From positions 730 through 64,729 of IMG/VR virus record IMGVR_UViG_3300047440_000490: a stretch of 64,000 bases of DNA; one strand, given 5' to 3'. The stretch is from a virus. Taxonomy: Duplodnaviria; Caudoviricetes. This document shows positions 8,531-18,235 of this stretch, piece by piece. Numbering within the stretch: the stretch's first letter is position 1; every line of letters starts with the position of its first letter. The position numbers and the translations under genes are program-made. The notes under the pieces were generated by a model that was not told the DNA's origin, ran no database searches, and saw only the letters and a list, made by a program, of their open reading frames with translations.

Positions 8531-9244
8531 ATGTTCCAAACACCAAAGATTCCCGCATTCATTCAAGGCGCATCCCTCGAGGGAAAAGAAGACGCCCAGA
8601 TGGTTCGTTTCAAGATCTATATCACGCCGATTCCCCATGCGCTGGCGTGCGAGGTCTCGCCGGCGATCGCCGACCGCATCTTCAAGTTCGACGCTTCGAA
8701 AACTCCGCAACCGATTCCGGAGATTCAATCCGTCAACTTCGATATCGGTACCGTCGACCTGCAAACGATGATCATGTATCCGGTCGACGATCCGGCAATG
8801 GACGATCATGCCGTGATGCTGAAGGCCGTCCAGATCTCGAAAATCAGCGCGCGGAAGTTGTTCCCGGAGGATCCGAAGTTCTCGTTGATCTTCGACGCCG
8901 AGTTGCCCAAAGACGATCTGTCGTTCTCCATGATGGGAAAGTACTTCAAGCGGAAAGTGTTCCTGACGTTCGAAACCATGCAACAGGAACTGCCGCTGAG
9001 CGGAGTTCCCACCTGCGAGTACTGCGAGAATCCGGCCGTTGCCCAGGACTCGGAAGAAACGTTCCTCTGCGAAAAAGACCTGAAGACTAAGGCTGTCGGC
9101 GAAGTGAAGTTCATCGCTAAGAAGGAAACGCCGGCAGAGGCAGAGAAACGCGCCGTAGCGGCAGCCGCGGCCGCTACTGCGCCGGCGGATCCGGACGACG
9201 ATCGCAAGGATACCAGTCACATCAATCGTAAACGCAAGAAATGA
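8531..9244 (+). CDS. Hypothetical protein
   Basis: Strong AAGGAG SD. 237-aa ORF within the operon. Confidence 0.75.
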   Translation: MFQTPKIPAFIQGASLEGKEDAQMVRFKIYITPIPHALACEVSPAIADRIFKFDASKTPQPIPEIQSVNFDIGTVDLQTMIMYPVDDPAMDDHAVMLKAVQISKISARKLFPEDPKFSLIFDAELPKDDLSFSMMGKYFKRKVFLTFETMQQELPLSGVPTCEYCENPAVAQDSEETFLCEKDLKTKAVGEVKFIAKKETPAEAEKRAVAAAAAATAPADPDDDRKDTSHINRKRKK

Positions 9245-9247
9245 GAA

Positions 9248-10165
9248 ATGGACTTCTACAACGAATGGGATCCATATGCTGCGGACTGGCTGGAAAACCT
9301 GATCGCCGCGGGTCATATTCCGGAAGGGAAAGTTGATCGACACAGTATCGGAGAAATCACGCTTGCAAACCTTCAAGACAGCATCCACGCCCATTTCTTC
9401 GCGGGGATTGGAGGCTGGCCGCTTGCCTTCCGGCTCGCTGGCTGGCCAGCAACTCGGCCTGTTTGGAGTGGATCCTGTCCCTGTCAGCCGTTCAGTATCG
9501 CCGGCAAGCGAAAAGGCCACGCCGACGAGCGAGACCAGTGGCCACACTTCCGAAGACTTATCGCGCTCGGAGAGCCTCCAACAGTCTTTGGAGAACAGGT
9601 TGCGTCACCGGATGGACGTCGGTGGTTCGCCGGAGTACGTAATGACCTGGAGGCATTGGGCTATGCCGTCGGGTGCGCCGATCTGTGCGCTGCGAGCGCG
9701 ACAGCGCCTCATATCCGACAACGGCTTTACTGGGTGGCGTTCACCCGATCACAACAAAAGGGGGGGGGCAATTCAGGATCCAGCCAAAGTGCTGGCTCGG
9801 ATGGAAGCCGGTCACCAGATCAATCTGGAGGATCAGGTCATGCTCACCGGTTGGTCGACAGCGTCCAGCCGGGATTGGAAGGATACGCCGGGAATGGCGG
9901 CGGAGGGAACCAATCCGGACGGATCGAAACGATCGAGGAACGACCAATTACCACGGCAAGCGGCAACGGTTTCTGGAACAACTTCGATCTTGCATTTTCA
10001 ATCGACGGGAAAACGAGGCGCATTGAACCCGGAACATTCCCGCTGGCTCATGGGGTTCCCGCCAGAGTGGGGAAGCTGCGCGCCTACGGTAACGCGATCT
10101 GCGTCCCGACGGCGGTCGAGTTCATAAAAGCGTTCATGGAGATTCGAGATGCCAGCACTACCTAA
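9248..10165 (+). CDS. C5-cytosine DNA methyltransferase, alpha polypeptide
   Basis: HFFAGIGG (motif I), SCPCQPFS (IV), GEQV (VI), HIRQRL (VIII) and YGNAI (X). Motif IX is absent from this frame. Confidence 0.9.
   Translation: MDFYNEWDPYAADWLENLIAAGHIPEGKVDRHSIGEITLANLQDSIHAHFFAGIGGWPLAFRLAGWPATRPVWSGSCPCQPFSIAGKRKGHADERDQWPHFRRLIALGEPPTVFGEQVASPDGRRWFAGVRNDLEALGYAVGCADLCAASATAPHIRQRLYWVAFTRSQQKGGGNSGSSQSAGSDGSRSPDQSGGSGHAHRLVDSVQPGLEGYAGNGGGGNQSGRIETIEERPITTASGNGFWNNFDLAFSIDGKTRRIEPGTFPLAHGVPARVGKLRAYGNAICVPTAVEFIKAFMEIRDASTT
9333..10127 (+). CDS. C5 methyltransferase beta polypeptide in an alternate frame (start uncertain)
   Basis: Fully nested open frame carrying motif IX ALNPEHSRWLMGFPPEW. 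M.EcoHK31I-type arrangement. Confidence 0.75.
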   Translation: MIDTVSEKSRLQTFKTASTPISSRGLEAGRLPSGSLAGQQLGLFGVDPVPVSRSVSPASEKATPTSETSGHTSEDLSRSESLQQSLENRLRHRMDVGGSPEYVMTWRHWAMPSGAPICALRARQRLISDNGFTGWRSPDHNKRGGAIQDPAKVLARMEAGHQINLEDQVMLTGWSTASSRDWKDTPGMAAEGTNPDGSKRSRNDQLPRQAATVSGTTSILHFQSTGKRGALNPEHSRWLMGFPPEWGSCAPTVTRSASRRRSSS

Positions 10166-10361
10166 AACACGCGAGGGCCTCGAGGCGGACGGCTTCAAGT
10201 ACAGCACAGAGGGAAAGTGCCGTGGATGTCCGGCCCAGATCCAATGGTTCGTCACCCCTCGAGGTCAATGGATGCCCTTCGACATGCCCGACGAGAAAGG
10301 CGAGTTCATCAATCATTGGGCGACCTGTCCATCGAGGAAAAGCTTCAAGAGGCGCACATGA
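10149..10361 (+). CDS. Hypothetical Zn-finger protein
   Basis: CRGC.A.I.W..T..G..MP.D...HWATCP. Confidence 0.75.
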   Translation: MPALPKTREGLEADGFKYSTEGKCRGCPAQIQWFVTPRGQWMPFDMPDEKGEFINHWATCPSRKSFKRRT

Positions 10362-10572
10362 TCGGCGACAAGTGGATATGGGAAGGCCTCCGGACCGCGG
10401 AGAAGATCGTCGCGGCCGAGTCTCTCCGGCCGGCTGGACACGCGTTCGATCCACAGAAGAGAAGGGTTCGCATGAAAGCAAAGAAGAAACGAAAGTACTA
10501 TCCGTCGAATCCGTACCCGCGGGATTCGAAACTTCACAGGCTGGCCAATGCCTATCGGCCGAGGGATCCGAA

Positions 10573-11133
10573 ATGAAACCGACACTCCTGCAGTTGGCCG
10601 AGATATTTCACAGCGACAAACTCCACTGGCACTCCTACATTCCGAAATACGAGGAATTGTTCAAGGACCGCAAGGTGGAAACACTACTGGAGATTGGCAT
10701 CGGCTACGCGGACCTGATGACGCCGTTCTTACCAGAGGGTGTTTCCTACATCCACGGATCCAGCCTGTACATGTGGCAGGAGTACTTTCCGGACGCTGAG
10801 ATATTCGCGTGCGACATTCGGGAAGGGACACTGATCAATGAAGGCCGGATCCATTCTATGGTGTGCGATCAATCTTCGCGGAGCGATCTGTTTAAGGTGG
10901 CCTACGAATGCAAGCGATTCCCAGACGTGATCATCGACGACGGTTCCCACATCTACGAACACCAGAGAATTACGGCGCAGTTCTTTGTTCCATACATGCC
11001 AGTTGGCGCGCTGTACGTGATCGAAGACGTTTGGGACAACGAAAAAGGGCACGCATTGGCAACTGAGTTCGGTGGGGAACTCTGGCGCGGCGAGAAGGGA
11101 CGCGACGACAACATGGTGGTGATCCAGAAATGA
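10573..11133 (+). CDS. SAM-dependent O-methyltransferase (sugar-MTase-like)
   Basis: SDK..H.Y...Y, LLEIGIG, IIDDGSH and YVIED motifs. Confidence 0.85.
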   Translation: MKPTLLQLAEIFHSDKLHWHSYIPKYEELFKDRKVETLLEIGIGYADLMTPFLPEGVSYIHGSSLYMWQEYFPDAEIFACDIREGTLINEGRIHSMVCDQSSRSDLFKVAYECKRFPDVIIDDGSHIYEHQRITAQFFVPYMPVGALYVIEDVWDNEKGHALATEFGGELWRGEKGRDDNMVVIQK

Positions 11134-11864
11134 ACATCGTAATGATAACGACCTACAGGCGGCCGTTGCTGTTTCAGCAAACAGTAGCAAGCCTGTTGAA
11201 TAATGCTGCAGATCGAAAATCCCACCACCTGACGGTCGTGTTCGATCTTCAGGACGAGCACGACGAAACTCCGCCAATGTACAACGACGTCTCGATCGTG
11301 CTGACAAAGTACGGCGCCTCGAGGGCACGTAATATCGGCGCCGGATCGATTCCCCGGTACCGCCGGCAGGAACACGTTCTGTTCCTGGACGATGACGTGT
11401 ATCTCTGCGACAAGTGGGACGAGCGACTCAACAGTCTGGCAAATTGGGCGCCGAACGCAATCATTTCGGGATACTCCCATCCGTTTAATCACTGCGAACC
11501 AAAGATCGGTCACAACATCATCGAACGCGATTCCGAAGGCAGCGTGAAGATTATGGAGGAGGTCCGATACGGCGAGCCGTTGGTAATCTCCTCGGTGGCC
11601 ATGATGATGCCGTGGAGCGTTTTTGACTACGTGGGCCCGTGGGACGAACCCGGCGGCCCTGGAGGATCCGAAGACTTCGCATTGTGTATGCGCGCGCGGG
11701 ACAAGTTCGGCTACCGCTTCGCGGTGACGGATCCGCAATGCGTGATTCACACGGGCCTGATGAGCTCCGGCGATACCGCGATCGCCGGCTACAAAGAACT
11801 GTGTGAACAGAACGACAAGCTTCTGGACTTCTGGAATATTCGAGGGAGGGTGACTTTTCAATGA
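11130..11864 (+). CDS. GT-A (GT2-like) glycosyltransferase
   Basis: ITTY.R, ARN.G, FLDDD and SED..LC.R motifs. Confidence 0.85.
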   Translation: MNIVMITTYRRPLLFQQTVASLLNNAADRKSHHLTVVFDLQDEHDETPPMYNDVSIVLTKYGASRARNIGAGSIPRYRRQEHVLFLDDDVYLCDKWDERLNSLANWAPNAIISGYSHPFNHCEPKIGHNIIERDSEGSVKIMEEVRYGEPLVISSVAMMMPWSVFDYVGPWDEPGGPGGSEDFALCMRARDKFGYRFAVTDPQCVIHTGLMSSGDTAIAGYKELCEQNDKLLDFWNIRGRVTFQ

Positions 11865-12586
11865 AACTCGCTGTACTCACGTGTGCCGCATTCCCAAGTG
11901 AGGGGGAAGCCCGGCGGAAACTGTGGATCTTTCTCCGATCGTGCGAGAAGTTCAAGATCGATCCGATCCTGTACGGGATGGGCACCCCTCAGTTCCAGGG
12001 CTACAAACGGATGATGCTCGATATGCAGTTGGAAGCATTGTGGAATATCCCGGCTGGCTACACTCACGTTCTATTCACTGATGGCTGGGACGCGTTCTTC
12101 ACGGCGCCACTAGAAGAAATCATCGAGAAGTACGTCCGCATGGGTTCCCCGCCGTTCCTTGCTTCTGCCTATATCGGCCTTGGGAACGAATCGGATATGT
12201 CGAAGTACGATGGTTGTTTCGACACAACTATCCCCTACCGGTACCCGAATCGAGGCGGCTATCTCGCCGAACTTCGGAAGGCAATATACGCATTCGAACG
12301 CATGGTGGACATGCCGGAGCAAACCGGTGATGACTGCTTCAACTGGTACGAGGGCTGGCGCGAGGGGTGGTTCCGTCCGACGTTGGACAGTGAATGCCAG
12401 ATCTTTCAGGTGTCGGACTTAAATCTGATTTGCTCCAACAATCCGACTCCCGGAACAAACAGACTGCTCAATACAGTGACAGGCTCACATCCCTGCATCC
12501 TCCACCTGTCCGGCGGCTACACGGATCCAGAAACCGGCAAAGACGAAGCCCTGAAGCCGTGGGCGCGCGCGCTCGGAATCATATGA
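11861..12586 (+). CDS. PLOD-type GT-A glycosyltransferase
   Basis: VLFTDGWD, YRYPN.GGY, DD, LD..CQIFQ and P.ILH.SG motifs. Confidence 0.8.
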   Translation: MKLAVLTCAAFPSEGEARRKLWIFLRSCEKFKIDPILYGMGTPQFQGYKRMMLDMQLEALWNIPAGYTHVLFTDGWDAFFTAPLEEIIEKYVRMGSPPFLASAYIGLGNESDMSKYDGCFDTTIPYRYPNRGGYLAELRKAIYAFERMVDMPEQTGDDCFNWYEGWREGWFRPTLDSECQIFQVSDLNLICSNNPTPGTNRLLNTVTGSHPCILHLSGGYTDPETGKDEALKPWARALGII

Positions 12587-12731
12587 GTTCCGCGAAAAGG
12601 CCATCGTGGGGCCACATATCTCGAAGGTGCCGAATCTGTTGGAATGTCGGTCCGCGGTGTCAAGTTGTGGGCGGATGGAAGCACTACCGCTGCCTAACGA
12701 AAGAAGAGAAAAAGGAGAGGAGAAACCGCAA

Positions 12732-13289
12732 GTGAAAACCTTCGATGAAGTCTGGAAATTTACCGACACGGTACCGGGATCGTTCACGCGCTTGAGCGCG
12801 GAGAAGCTGTACGAGCTGGGACTCTGTGTTCCGTGGGGCGGCAACGTTGCCGAAATTGGAGTGGACCAGGGACGAAGCCTGAGCGTGATGCTGTTTGCCA
12901 CGCTGGGCCTTTCACCGATGTTCTACCTGGTCGACAGTTGGGAAAGCGTCCTGATCGACAACCAGGCCAAGGTTGAAGATATGATCAAGCGGTTCGAGCC
13001 AACACCGAACTACGCCGTGCTGCAGATGAGATCGGCCGCGGCCGCTAAACTGGTGATGGCAACGCTGGATCTGATTCACATCGACGCACACCACTTTGAC
13101 GATATCGAGGACGGTGGCCCATCAAAGGATTGCGAACTGTGGCTGCCGAAGGTGAAGTCCGGAGGGGTGGCGTGCTTTCACGACTACCACAGCTGCTTTC
13201 CTGACGTGACAACCGCTGTCGACAAGTGCTGCGCCGGGTGGGAAGACCTGGGCGACTGGGACGGCCTTGCGATCCGGAGGAAGCCATGA
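12732..13289 (+). CDS. SAM methyltransferase (Methyltransf_24-like)
   Basis: EIGV..GRS, IHIDAHH and GG...FHDY motifs. GTG start with GGAG SD. Confidence 0.85.
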   Translation: MKTFDEVWKFTDTVPGSFTRLSAEKLYELGLCVPWGGNVAEIGVDQGRSLSVMLFATLGLSPMFYLVDSWESVLIDNQAKVEDMIKRFEPTPNYAVLQMRSAAAAKLVMATLDLIHIDAHHFDDIEDGGPSKDCELWLPKVKSGGVACFHDYHSCFPDVTTAVDKCCAGWEDLGDWDGLAIRRKP

Positions 13290-13525
13290 GCACGCTAAAA
13301 ACCCGATTCAGAAATATTCCGTGGAGTGAAGTGATGAAAGTCCACGAGCCACACCCACAGGATATACCCGAAGCTTGGGAGAGAATGAGAGGACAGCCGG
13401 TGGAAATCATGGTCCCAGCGAATGCCTTCAAAGAACCGGATCAAGCATGTGACGAGCCGCACTATCGCGTTCTCGGAGCGGGACGCGAAGCTTACTGCAG
13501 CCATTTAATTGAGATCGGAGACTGA
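13286..13525 (+). CDS. Hypothetical protein
   Basis: ATGA coupling and GGAGG SD. Confidence 0.6.
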   Translation: MSTLKTRFRNIPWSEVMKVHEPHPQDIPEAWERMRGQPVEIMVPANAFKEPDQACDEPHYRVLGAGREAYCSHLIEIGD

Positions 13526-14065
13526 ATGCTGACGTTTGAACAGGTCTACGACTTCACACAGACGATCGGATCCCACACGTCGTTCGAGATGGAAGAGTGT
13601 GCGGCGTACTTCGGCATTCTGATGTCACTGCCTGAAAAATCTACGATTGTTGAAGTGGGACTGGAGTATGGCAGATCCAGTTCAATCGCCCTACAGGTGG
13701 CGACGGAGAGGCAGTTGGGGTACTGGGGAATCGATCCGGATATTAAACTGGAGTTCCGAAAAATGCTGGCGGCGATTCCGAAACTTCCACAAATGAGCCT
13801 GTCCCCCTATCGGAGTCAAGAAGCTGATCCCCATCTATCAATCGCGGCAATTTTGATCGACGGTGATCATTCTTACGAGGGCGTACTGGCCGACTGCGAA
13901 CATTTCCTGCCGCACGTGGTGAGAGGTGGATATGCCATGTTTCACGATTTTCAGAGAGAGAGTTTGCCGGACGTGACAAAGGCCGTTACCGAGTACTTCC
14001 ACAACCGGCTTCACTGGATGCAACTTCCGACCGTGGGCACGCTGGGAATCTGGAGGAAACTATGA
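13526..14065 (+). CDS. SAM methyltransferase (Methyltransf_24-like)
   Basis: VEVG..YG.SS, LIDGDHSYEGV..D and FHD motifs. Confidence 0.85.
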   Translation: MLTFEQVYDFTQTIGSHTSFEMEECAAYFGILMSLPEKSTIVEVGLEYGRSSSIALQVATERQLGYWGIDPDIKLEFRKMLAAIPKLPQMSLSPYRSQEADPHLSIAAILIDGDHSYEGVLADCEHFLPHVVRGGYAMFHDFQRESLPDVTKAVTEYFHNRLHWMQLPTVGTLGIWRKL

Positions 14066-14277
14066 AGGCCCGAATCTGCGAATGCTGCAAGCTAACGTTC
14101 TCTGACGTCAACAAGGAAATGCTCTACTCGCTGGATATCACCGAAGCGGAAGGCTATGTCGCCAATAGCGCGGCCGAAAAGAAACTCCTGCTGTCCCTGG
14201 AGGATGTCTGTGACGTCTGCACGGCAAAATTGAGGGCGGCGATTCAATTCATCCTGAAAGGTGCGAAGAAAAAATGA
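14062..14277 (+). CDS. Hypothetical Zn-binding protein
   Basis: CECC...DVC..C. Coupled to both neighbours. Confidence 0.65.
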   Translation: MKARICECCKLTFSDVNKEMLYSLDITEAEGYVANSAAEKKLLLSLEDVCDVCTAKLRAAIQFILKGAKKK

Positions 14278-14903
14278 GCGACGAAAAACTGGGGACAGAC
14301 AGAAAACAATTCCACACTTCAAAAGAGCTCGGGGACTGGTATGACAACAAGTACCTGGAGATGGGCGACGGCTGGAACACGCCGGCCGAGGAAGTCAATC
14401 AGCACCTGAACGAGATGGGAGTCCCATTCGATAAATCGAAGTGGCTGCTCGACGTCGGCTGCGGCGCCGGTCATTTCCTACGGGAAGCCACAAAGCGCGT
14501 CAGTTGCGTCGGCATTGAATTGAGCCGGATAGGAATTGCTCACACGACGTTGCGCGCTCCGGATGCGAAACTGATTCTCGCTGACATCGGGAACGGATTG
14601 ACCCTTCCGGTGTTCGATGACTTCTACCCGGCCAAGTTCGACTACGTCGTCAGTATCGGTTCGCTGGAACACATCGTCGATCTTCCCTCGGCGCTCGACA
14701 ACATCCACGCGTTGTTGAAGGACACCGGCTGGTTCTACTTCTATTGCCCGAACGAACTGTGGATGCACTTCGACCAACCGAATGAACAGACGAAGACGGA
14801 TGCCGACTGGATCCAGTTGTTCGCCTCACACGGACTCTTCACTCACCGGGCTACCCGGTGGAGCGACAACACGGCCTTTTTTGGAGACGGATTCTCGATA
14901 TGA
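14274..14903 (+). CDS. Class I SAM methyltransferase
   Basis: LLDVGCGAG and SLEH motifs. Confidence 0.9.
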   Translation: MSDEKLGTDRKQFHTSKELGDWYDNKYLEMGDGWNTPAEEVNQHLNEMGVPFDKSKWLLDVGCGAGHFLREATKRVSCVGIELSRIGIAHTTLRAPDAKLILADIGNGLTLPVFDDFYPAKFDYVVSIGSLEHIVDLPSALDNIHALLKDTGWFYFYCPNELWMHFDQPNEQTKTDADWIQLFASHGLFTHRATRWSDNTAFFGDGFSI

Positions 14904-15667
14904 AGTTAGCAATTGTGACGGCTCATGCAGGAGCGGAGTCGCTTCAGGCTGCTGTTAAAAGCTGGATCAACATCGATTCTGTTGAAGCGAATCCGTTTGT
15001 TCACGGTAACGTTGCGATCCAGGTGGGATATCCGGTTCCTGCGATTGTCGTAAATGGGGCTAGGGGCATGATGTGGGCCTATGATTACGCATTCCAAGGC
15101 AGTACCTTTGAACTGACAGATAAGTTCGATGTTCTGGCCTACCTTCACGACGACACCCTCATCAACGATCCGGACTGGGTTGATCGAGTCCTGAAGGAAT
15201 TCGAGGATCCGAAGGTTGGCCTGGTGGGTTTCGGTGGCGCGATGGGCCACGGCGATCCGCGTCTGTATCTGAAGCCGTACGAGTATCAACAGCTGGCGCG
15301 TAACGATTTCTTCTCCAACATGGTCGACGCGGAAAACCACGGCAAGCGATTCACCGGGCAATGCGACGTTGCCGTGCTCGACGGCTTTGCATTGATCGTC
15401 CGAAGGGAAGTACTGGAGAAGGTCGGCGGCTGGCCACTGAACACGCCGATCGGTTACGTCTGCTACGACTACTGGCTGTCCTGCATGACGCGCCGGCTGG
15501 GCTACAAGATCCGCCTGGTGGGCGTTCCCTGTCAGCACTTGGGCGGTCAGACGTTCGTGAAGCTCGGTATGGGCCGGGACGAGAAGCACTGGAAGCAATA
15601 CATCGACTCGCACCGATACATCTACGACGAATTCAAAGACGTTCTTCCCTATGAGGTACCACGATGA
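14900..15667 (+). CDS. GT-A (GT2-like) glycosyltransferase
   Basis: YLHDD, VGLVG..G, VAVLDG and YD...S motifs. Confidence 0.85.
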   Translation: MKLAIVTAHAGAESLQAAVKSWINIDSVEANPFVHGNVAIQVGYPVPAIVVNGARGMMWAYDYAFQGSTFELTDKFDVLAYLHDDTLINDPDWVDRVLKEFEDPKVGLVGFGGAMGHGDPRLYLKPYEYQQLARNDFFSNMVDAENHGKRFTGQCDVAVLDGFALIVRREVLEKVGGWPLNTPIGYVCYDYWLSCMTRRLGYKIRLVGVPCQHLGGQTFVKLGMGRDEKHWKQYIDSHRYIYDEFKDVLPYEVPR

Positions 15668-16176
15668 TCGGACTCAACTGCGGTAGCGGCCAGCGGCCGT
15701 TTGACAAGAAAGAAGGCTGGATCAACATCGATATCAATCCGCGCTGGAATCCCGACATTCTAGGGCATTGGAACAACCTGACGCCCATCGAGGACAACAG
15801 CATCGATTTTGTGGTGTCTCATCATTCCCTCGAGCATGTGGGCTGTGGGGAAGGGAACGGCTTCGTCAGCGAAGCTTGGCGCGTGCTGAAGCCCGGCGGA
15901 AGCCTCCTGATATTCGTTCCCGACATGAAGAAGCTGGCCGAGATGTGGTTGCGTGGTGAGCTCACCGAGCAGCTTTACATGACCAATGTCTACGGCGCTT
16001 ACATGGGTGACGAAGCCGACCGTCATGCCTGGGGGTTCTCAGGCGACGGAATTCTGGACTACCTTCGAGCGACTGCAAATTGGAGCACTGTTCGCACCTT
16101 CGACTGGAGAACAATTCCGGGGGCTGATATCGCTCGGGATGATAGGTGGATCGCGGGAGCCGAGGCCATCAAATGA
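15664..16176 (+). CDS. SAM methyltransferase (type 11-like)
   Basis: LNCGSG, WINID, HSLEH and RVLKPGG..VPD motifs. Confidence 0.9.
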   Translation: MIGLNCGSGQRPFDKKEGWINIDINPRWNPDILGHWNNLTPIEDNSIDFVVSHHSLEHVGCGEGNGFVSEAWRVLKPGGSLLIFVPDMKKLAEMWLRGELTEQLYMTNVYGAYMGDEADRHAWGFSGDGILDYLRATANWSTVRTFDWRTIPGADIARDDRWIAGAEAIK

Positions 16177-16354
16177 GCACCAAAAGCCGCCGTTCAAAAG
16201 CAGGTCGACGCACGCTGGTTCGCGCGCTCAAGGATATCAAACAGACCATAAGAGACGACTGGTATCGCTTTGGAGGATTCGCCAGTGAAGCGGATGCGCG
16301 GCGTGCGATCGACAAGAATGCGGACTACCTAATGACAGAGAAAGTGATCCAGTA

Positions 16355-17137
16355 GTGGCGGCGAGAACCAGACCAAACTTAAATCCATTTCGTGAATGCC
16401 GCAACTGCGGTGGGGAATTCCAACCGTCACGCAGCGATGCCTTGCATTGCTCATTGCGTTGCACGAAACAAGCATCTGTAAAGAGACATCCTCGCAAGCA
16501 CCGGCTACGGGGTTCCGCCAAATACTACGAAGCGCAGAAACTTACGGCTGAAAATCTGCGCCGCTGCTCAGGCTGTGAAAAGGTGCTCCCCATCGAAAAC
16601 TTCTGGAAGGGTCAGCCGGGGAAACGATTGTCGAAATGTGCGGACTGCTCAAACGCAAAACAACGCACCAGCCGGAAGAAAGACACCAATGTTCCTAAGA
16701 TCCGCGAACGATCACTGCGATGGAGACTCGCGCATCCACAGTTGTTCAAGGAAAGGATCGCTGCTTGCATAAAAGCAAATCCGGCACCCAGAACAGAAGC
16801 AAGTCGTCGACGGCGAATGCTTCAATCGCAGAACGGCGTTTTCGTAGTAACGCAACGTGACCTTCATCGACTCCTGATTCGCCAGGAGGGATGCTGCTAT
16901 CTTTGCAAGCTTCCGATTCTCGACAAAGAGTTGGATCACATTATTCCTGTCAGTAAAGGCGGCCGCCACAGCATCGGAAATCTCGGCTGGGCGTGCCACA
17001 AATGCAATAGATCGAAATCAAATAAACTGCTCTCTCAATTCAGATTTGGAGGAAAGAATGAACGATGCCGTTCCAGTAATCATGTTGTGCCGAAACGCCT
17101 TGGAGTTGACGAAACCCGCCATTGCGTCAGTGCTTGA
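16355..17137 (+). CDS. HNH endonuclease with N-terminal Zn fingers
   Basis: CYLC...LDHIIPVSKGG.H...NL..AC..CN.SK. Confidence 0.9.
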   Translation: MAARTRPNLNPFRECRNCGGEFQPSRSDALHCSLRCTKQASVKRHPRKHRLRGSAKYYEAQKLTAENLRRCSGCEKVLPIENFWKGQPGKRLSKCADCSNAKQRTSRKKDTNVPKIRERSLRWRLAHPQLFKERIAACIKANPAPRTEASRRRRMLQSQNGVFVVTQRDLHRLLIRQEGCCYLCKLPILDKELDHIIPVSKGGRHSIGNLGWACHKCNRSKSNKLLSQFRFGGKNERCRSSNHVVPKRLGVDETRHCVSA

Positions 17138-17774
17138 ACAGGACGTCCCAACGCAAATAACAGTTGTCGACAATTGCAGTTCAGATGGAACTGAAGAATG
17201 GTTGGCGCAACAAGGAAATCGAGTTTTCTCGCAGCGATTTTGTCCCCCGTTGGGAGTATCGGCAAGCTGGAATTGGGCTCTCGTAACGGCCTTCAGATCC
17301 CACGATGTCGCCGTCGTTCTGAACAACGATATCGTCCTGCGAAAAGATTGCGTGCGCTCCCTCCTCGAGGACGGTGGCGGGTTCGTAACGGCTGTCAGCG
17401 TCGACAACCTTGGCGGGATCCAGGGCGAATGGCGAAAGGCGCCGCGGCCACATCCGGACTTCAGTTGCTTCCTGATTCGAAGCAGTGTCTGGCAGAAGGT
17501 GGGTGCCTTTGACGAATCGATGCACCTGTACGCATCCGACGGCGACTATCACCTGAGAATGCACAAGGCTGGGATTGAGGCCTACACGATCGGGATCCCG
17601 TTCTTTCATTACGCCAGCGGAACGTTGAAGAGCGCCACGGCCGGCGAGAAAGCTTCAATCTCCGAACAGGCCGACAAGGACCGGTACACCTTCGAGCTAA
17701 AGTGGGGCTGCAAGGTTGGATCCAAGCAGTACTACGAGATGTTCGGACATGGGGCACCTGATGAGAAAGATTAA
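17058..17774 (+). CDS. GT2 glycosyltransferase
   Basis: VVDN.SSDGT, SWN, LNND and GAFDE motifs. Confidence 0.9.
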   Translation: MNDAVPVIMLCRNALELTKPAIASVLEQDVPTQITVVDNCSSDGTEEWLAQQGNRVFSQRFCPPLGVSASWNWALVTAFRSHDVAVVLNNDIVLRKDCVRSLLEDGGGFVTAVSVDNLGGIQGEWRKAPRPHPDFSCFLIRSSVWQKVGAFDESMHLYASDGDYHLRMHKAGIEAYTIGIPFFHYASGTLKSATAGEKASISEQADKDRYTFELKWGCKVGSKQYYEMFGHGAPDEKD

Positions 17775-18222
17775 GCCGAAACCGAAACTCAAGAAGCCGG
17801 CGCGACGGGTACGCCGAAGTCCATACGGCCGCGCGCTGGAACTGGCGACGAAACGGTACGAGAAGGCCATCGCGGAGTACATCAAGTGTCAAACTCGTAT
17901 GGCCGCGCTCGAGCAGGAGATTCCCAGTCTCGACGAAGTCAAGCGCGTACTCGAGGGCCACATGCACGGAGGCAAATCCACAGCTCCGGCGCTGAATCCG
18001 TTGCCGGTGCGGGAATCGCCACGGCCGCCGGCGCCGCCAGTGGAACTGCCAGCGGCCGTCATAAGCCGTGTTCCACCACACTTGCTGCGTTACATTACCC
18101 CTCACCCGTCGATTGCGCGCGGATCACAGGCCCAGGGAAGCGTTGTGAAAACGAATCTTCCCGGCGGTGATGATGACGACAGGTTCCTGCCCGAACCGGG
18201 CGGCGTAGAAGTTTTGCCATGA
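17761..18222 (+). CDS. Hypothetical basic/coiled-coil protein
   Basis: ORF within the operon. Start estimated. Confidence 0.55.
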   Translation: MRKIKPKPKLKKPARRVRRSPYGRALELATKRYEKAIAEYIKCQTRMAALEQEIPSLDEVKRVLEGHMHGGKSTAPALNPLPVRESPRPPAPPVELPAAVISRVPPHLLRYITPHPSIARGSQAQGSVVKTNLPGGDDDDRFLPEPGGVEVLP

Positions 18223-18235
18223 AAGGATTGAATGA

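Noticed and set aside
3416-9547. Long minus-strand ORFs (3416..4561, 4907..5851, 6371..7699, 8495..9547)
   Set aside because: Antisense shadows of well-supported plus-strand genes in GC-rich DNA, with no motifs.
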